Positions 62,680 through 64,000 of a stretch of DNA of 64,000 nt are shown piece by piece. Origin of the DNA: Macrostomum lignano (lineage: Eukaryota). Made by a program: the position numbers and the translations under genes. The number at the start of each line of letters is the position of its first letter. The first letter of the stretch is position 1. The stretch covers positions 62,001 to 126,000 of the forward strand of contig NIVC01000714.1 of NCBI GenBank assembly GCA_002269645.1, read 5' to 3'. The notes under the pieces are model-generated. The model was not told the DNA's origin. It did no database searches and saw only the letters and a list, made by a program, of their open reading frames with translations.

Positions 62680-64000
62680 GGCTGTATTGGATGAGTTGAT
62701 TAGGACTGCCAGATAGATACAGCAGTCATAAAAATACAATTATTAAAAAAACATATATAGATATCAATATTGCTTTGTACTTTATATTGATTTTTTAATT
62801 GATAAAAAATGAATAATATGCTTGTACATTATATCTTTAGGAGCCTAAATTGCAGTGCTATCTGCATTCAAGTTCATCAGTAAAGCATTAAAAATAAAAT
62901 AAAATATCAAACATCCCATACTTTCATAGCACAGTCTTTTGACCCTCAGAAGTTGCATAACGGTGGTAAGGTAGCATTTACCACTATCAAAGGCTAGATT
63001 GAAAAGGAAGGCTTCTCAAAAACCAACTGATGAGCAGGCTATCACTCTCACAGAAGATCTCATTAAGAATTGGAGATTTTATTACTCTAGAGATTAGTTA
63101 CTTTTACTTAGACAATACAAGAAAAATATTTGAGGGGACAGAAGGGAGAGATAAGAAAAGGGGAAGAAAAGAGAGGGGAAAGAGGAGAAAAGGAGGCAGA
63201 CTCAGAGAAGAAAAGAGGAGAGGGGAAAAGGGAGAGAAGAGAGATAAAAGTCAAAAAAGGCAATCAAGTTGATATGCATTGAGCACCAGATGCATTCTAC
63301 AAAATACTACTACATTCCTGCACCTATAATAGCCAGAAGGTTTCAATGCCTGATGCTGATGGCACACTAAAACCATTACAAGAAAGTTATAGGAAGTTAC
63401 ATAAATTTTACTAGCTTATGGATATGGATATAGATATAGGAAAAATGTTTATGGCAAAACTCTAGCGAATCTTCAATATAAAAAAGTGTATAGCCTATGC
63501 CTAAAAATTAGACAGTTAGGATCACTAAGTCTATTATTACTCAGTAACATATATTTTGATGTCCTAAATTATGCCTAGCTAGTGTTAATTCTGTGACACT
63601 TATAATAGGTTAGCTTCAATGTTGCTGCTAGTCCATAGTGGAAAGTGGCACAGGTGCACTGGAATTAATTTTAGGAGGGGCAATTTGTACACTTGCCACC
63701 TATGTGCTAGCTGTATACCATGTGTATAAGTTCTATGTCTTAACCCTAAATACTAACCTTATACAAAAAGCACCATACTATTAACCCTCAACGACATTTG
63801 TGTAAAACACAAAAATGATATTCAATTTTGCAGAATCCTTTTAAAATTGTAAAAAAAACTATAATTAGTCTTCAAATATACTGGTGTAACAAACCATATC
63901 AGATGCTATAACCCCAAGGTTTTTTGTAGATGCAGTGGATTCAGTTTAAATACTGTTTTATAACTAATTTTTGTTTTAAGCCTTATTTGCACTGCCTTAA

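Overview
Eukaryotic (metazoan) genomic DNA with GC3-rich spliced exons, poly-Ala/Gln tracts and introns filled with minisatellites. This style suggests a free-living flatworm such as Macrostomum, which is an inference and was not tested. By hand I assembled four spliced genes with GT-AG junctions and a continuous frame: a netrin (+, 2407-13316, with four laminin-EGF modules instead of three), a FMRFamide-receptor-like class A GPCR (-, 20025-17534), Suppressor of Hairless/RBPJ/CSL (-, core 28080-23873, plus upstream candidate exons to about 33360) and the cohesin regulator Pds5 (-, 62679-49979, 10 exons, 1526 aa). There is also a probable two-exon orphan gene (-, 47475-45595), a tRNA-derived SINE and about 35 different tandem arrays. 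Most long ORFs in the supplied track are artefacts of those arrays. Top leads: (1) a 33-bp exonic tandem amplification in the GPCR whose unit contains CAG|GTGTGT and could be spliced out as a newly formed intron; (2) a minisatellite with about 25 ATGGGAA (CSL/LAG-1-type) motifs next to canonical CGTGGGAA sites, inside the putative 5' region of the CSL gene itself; (3) a duplicated LE2 exon in netrin; (4) an amplified 5' splice site in a Pds5 intron; (5) a foldback-like inverted pair of arrays. All coordinates and counts were derived by eye, and repeat boundaries are approximate.
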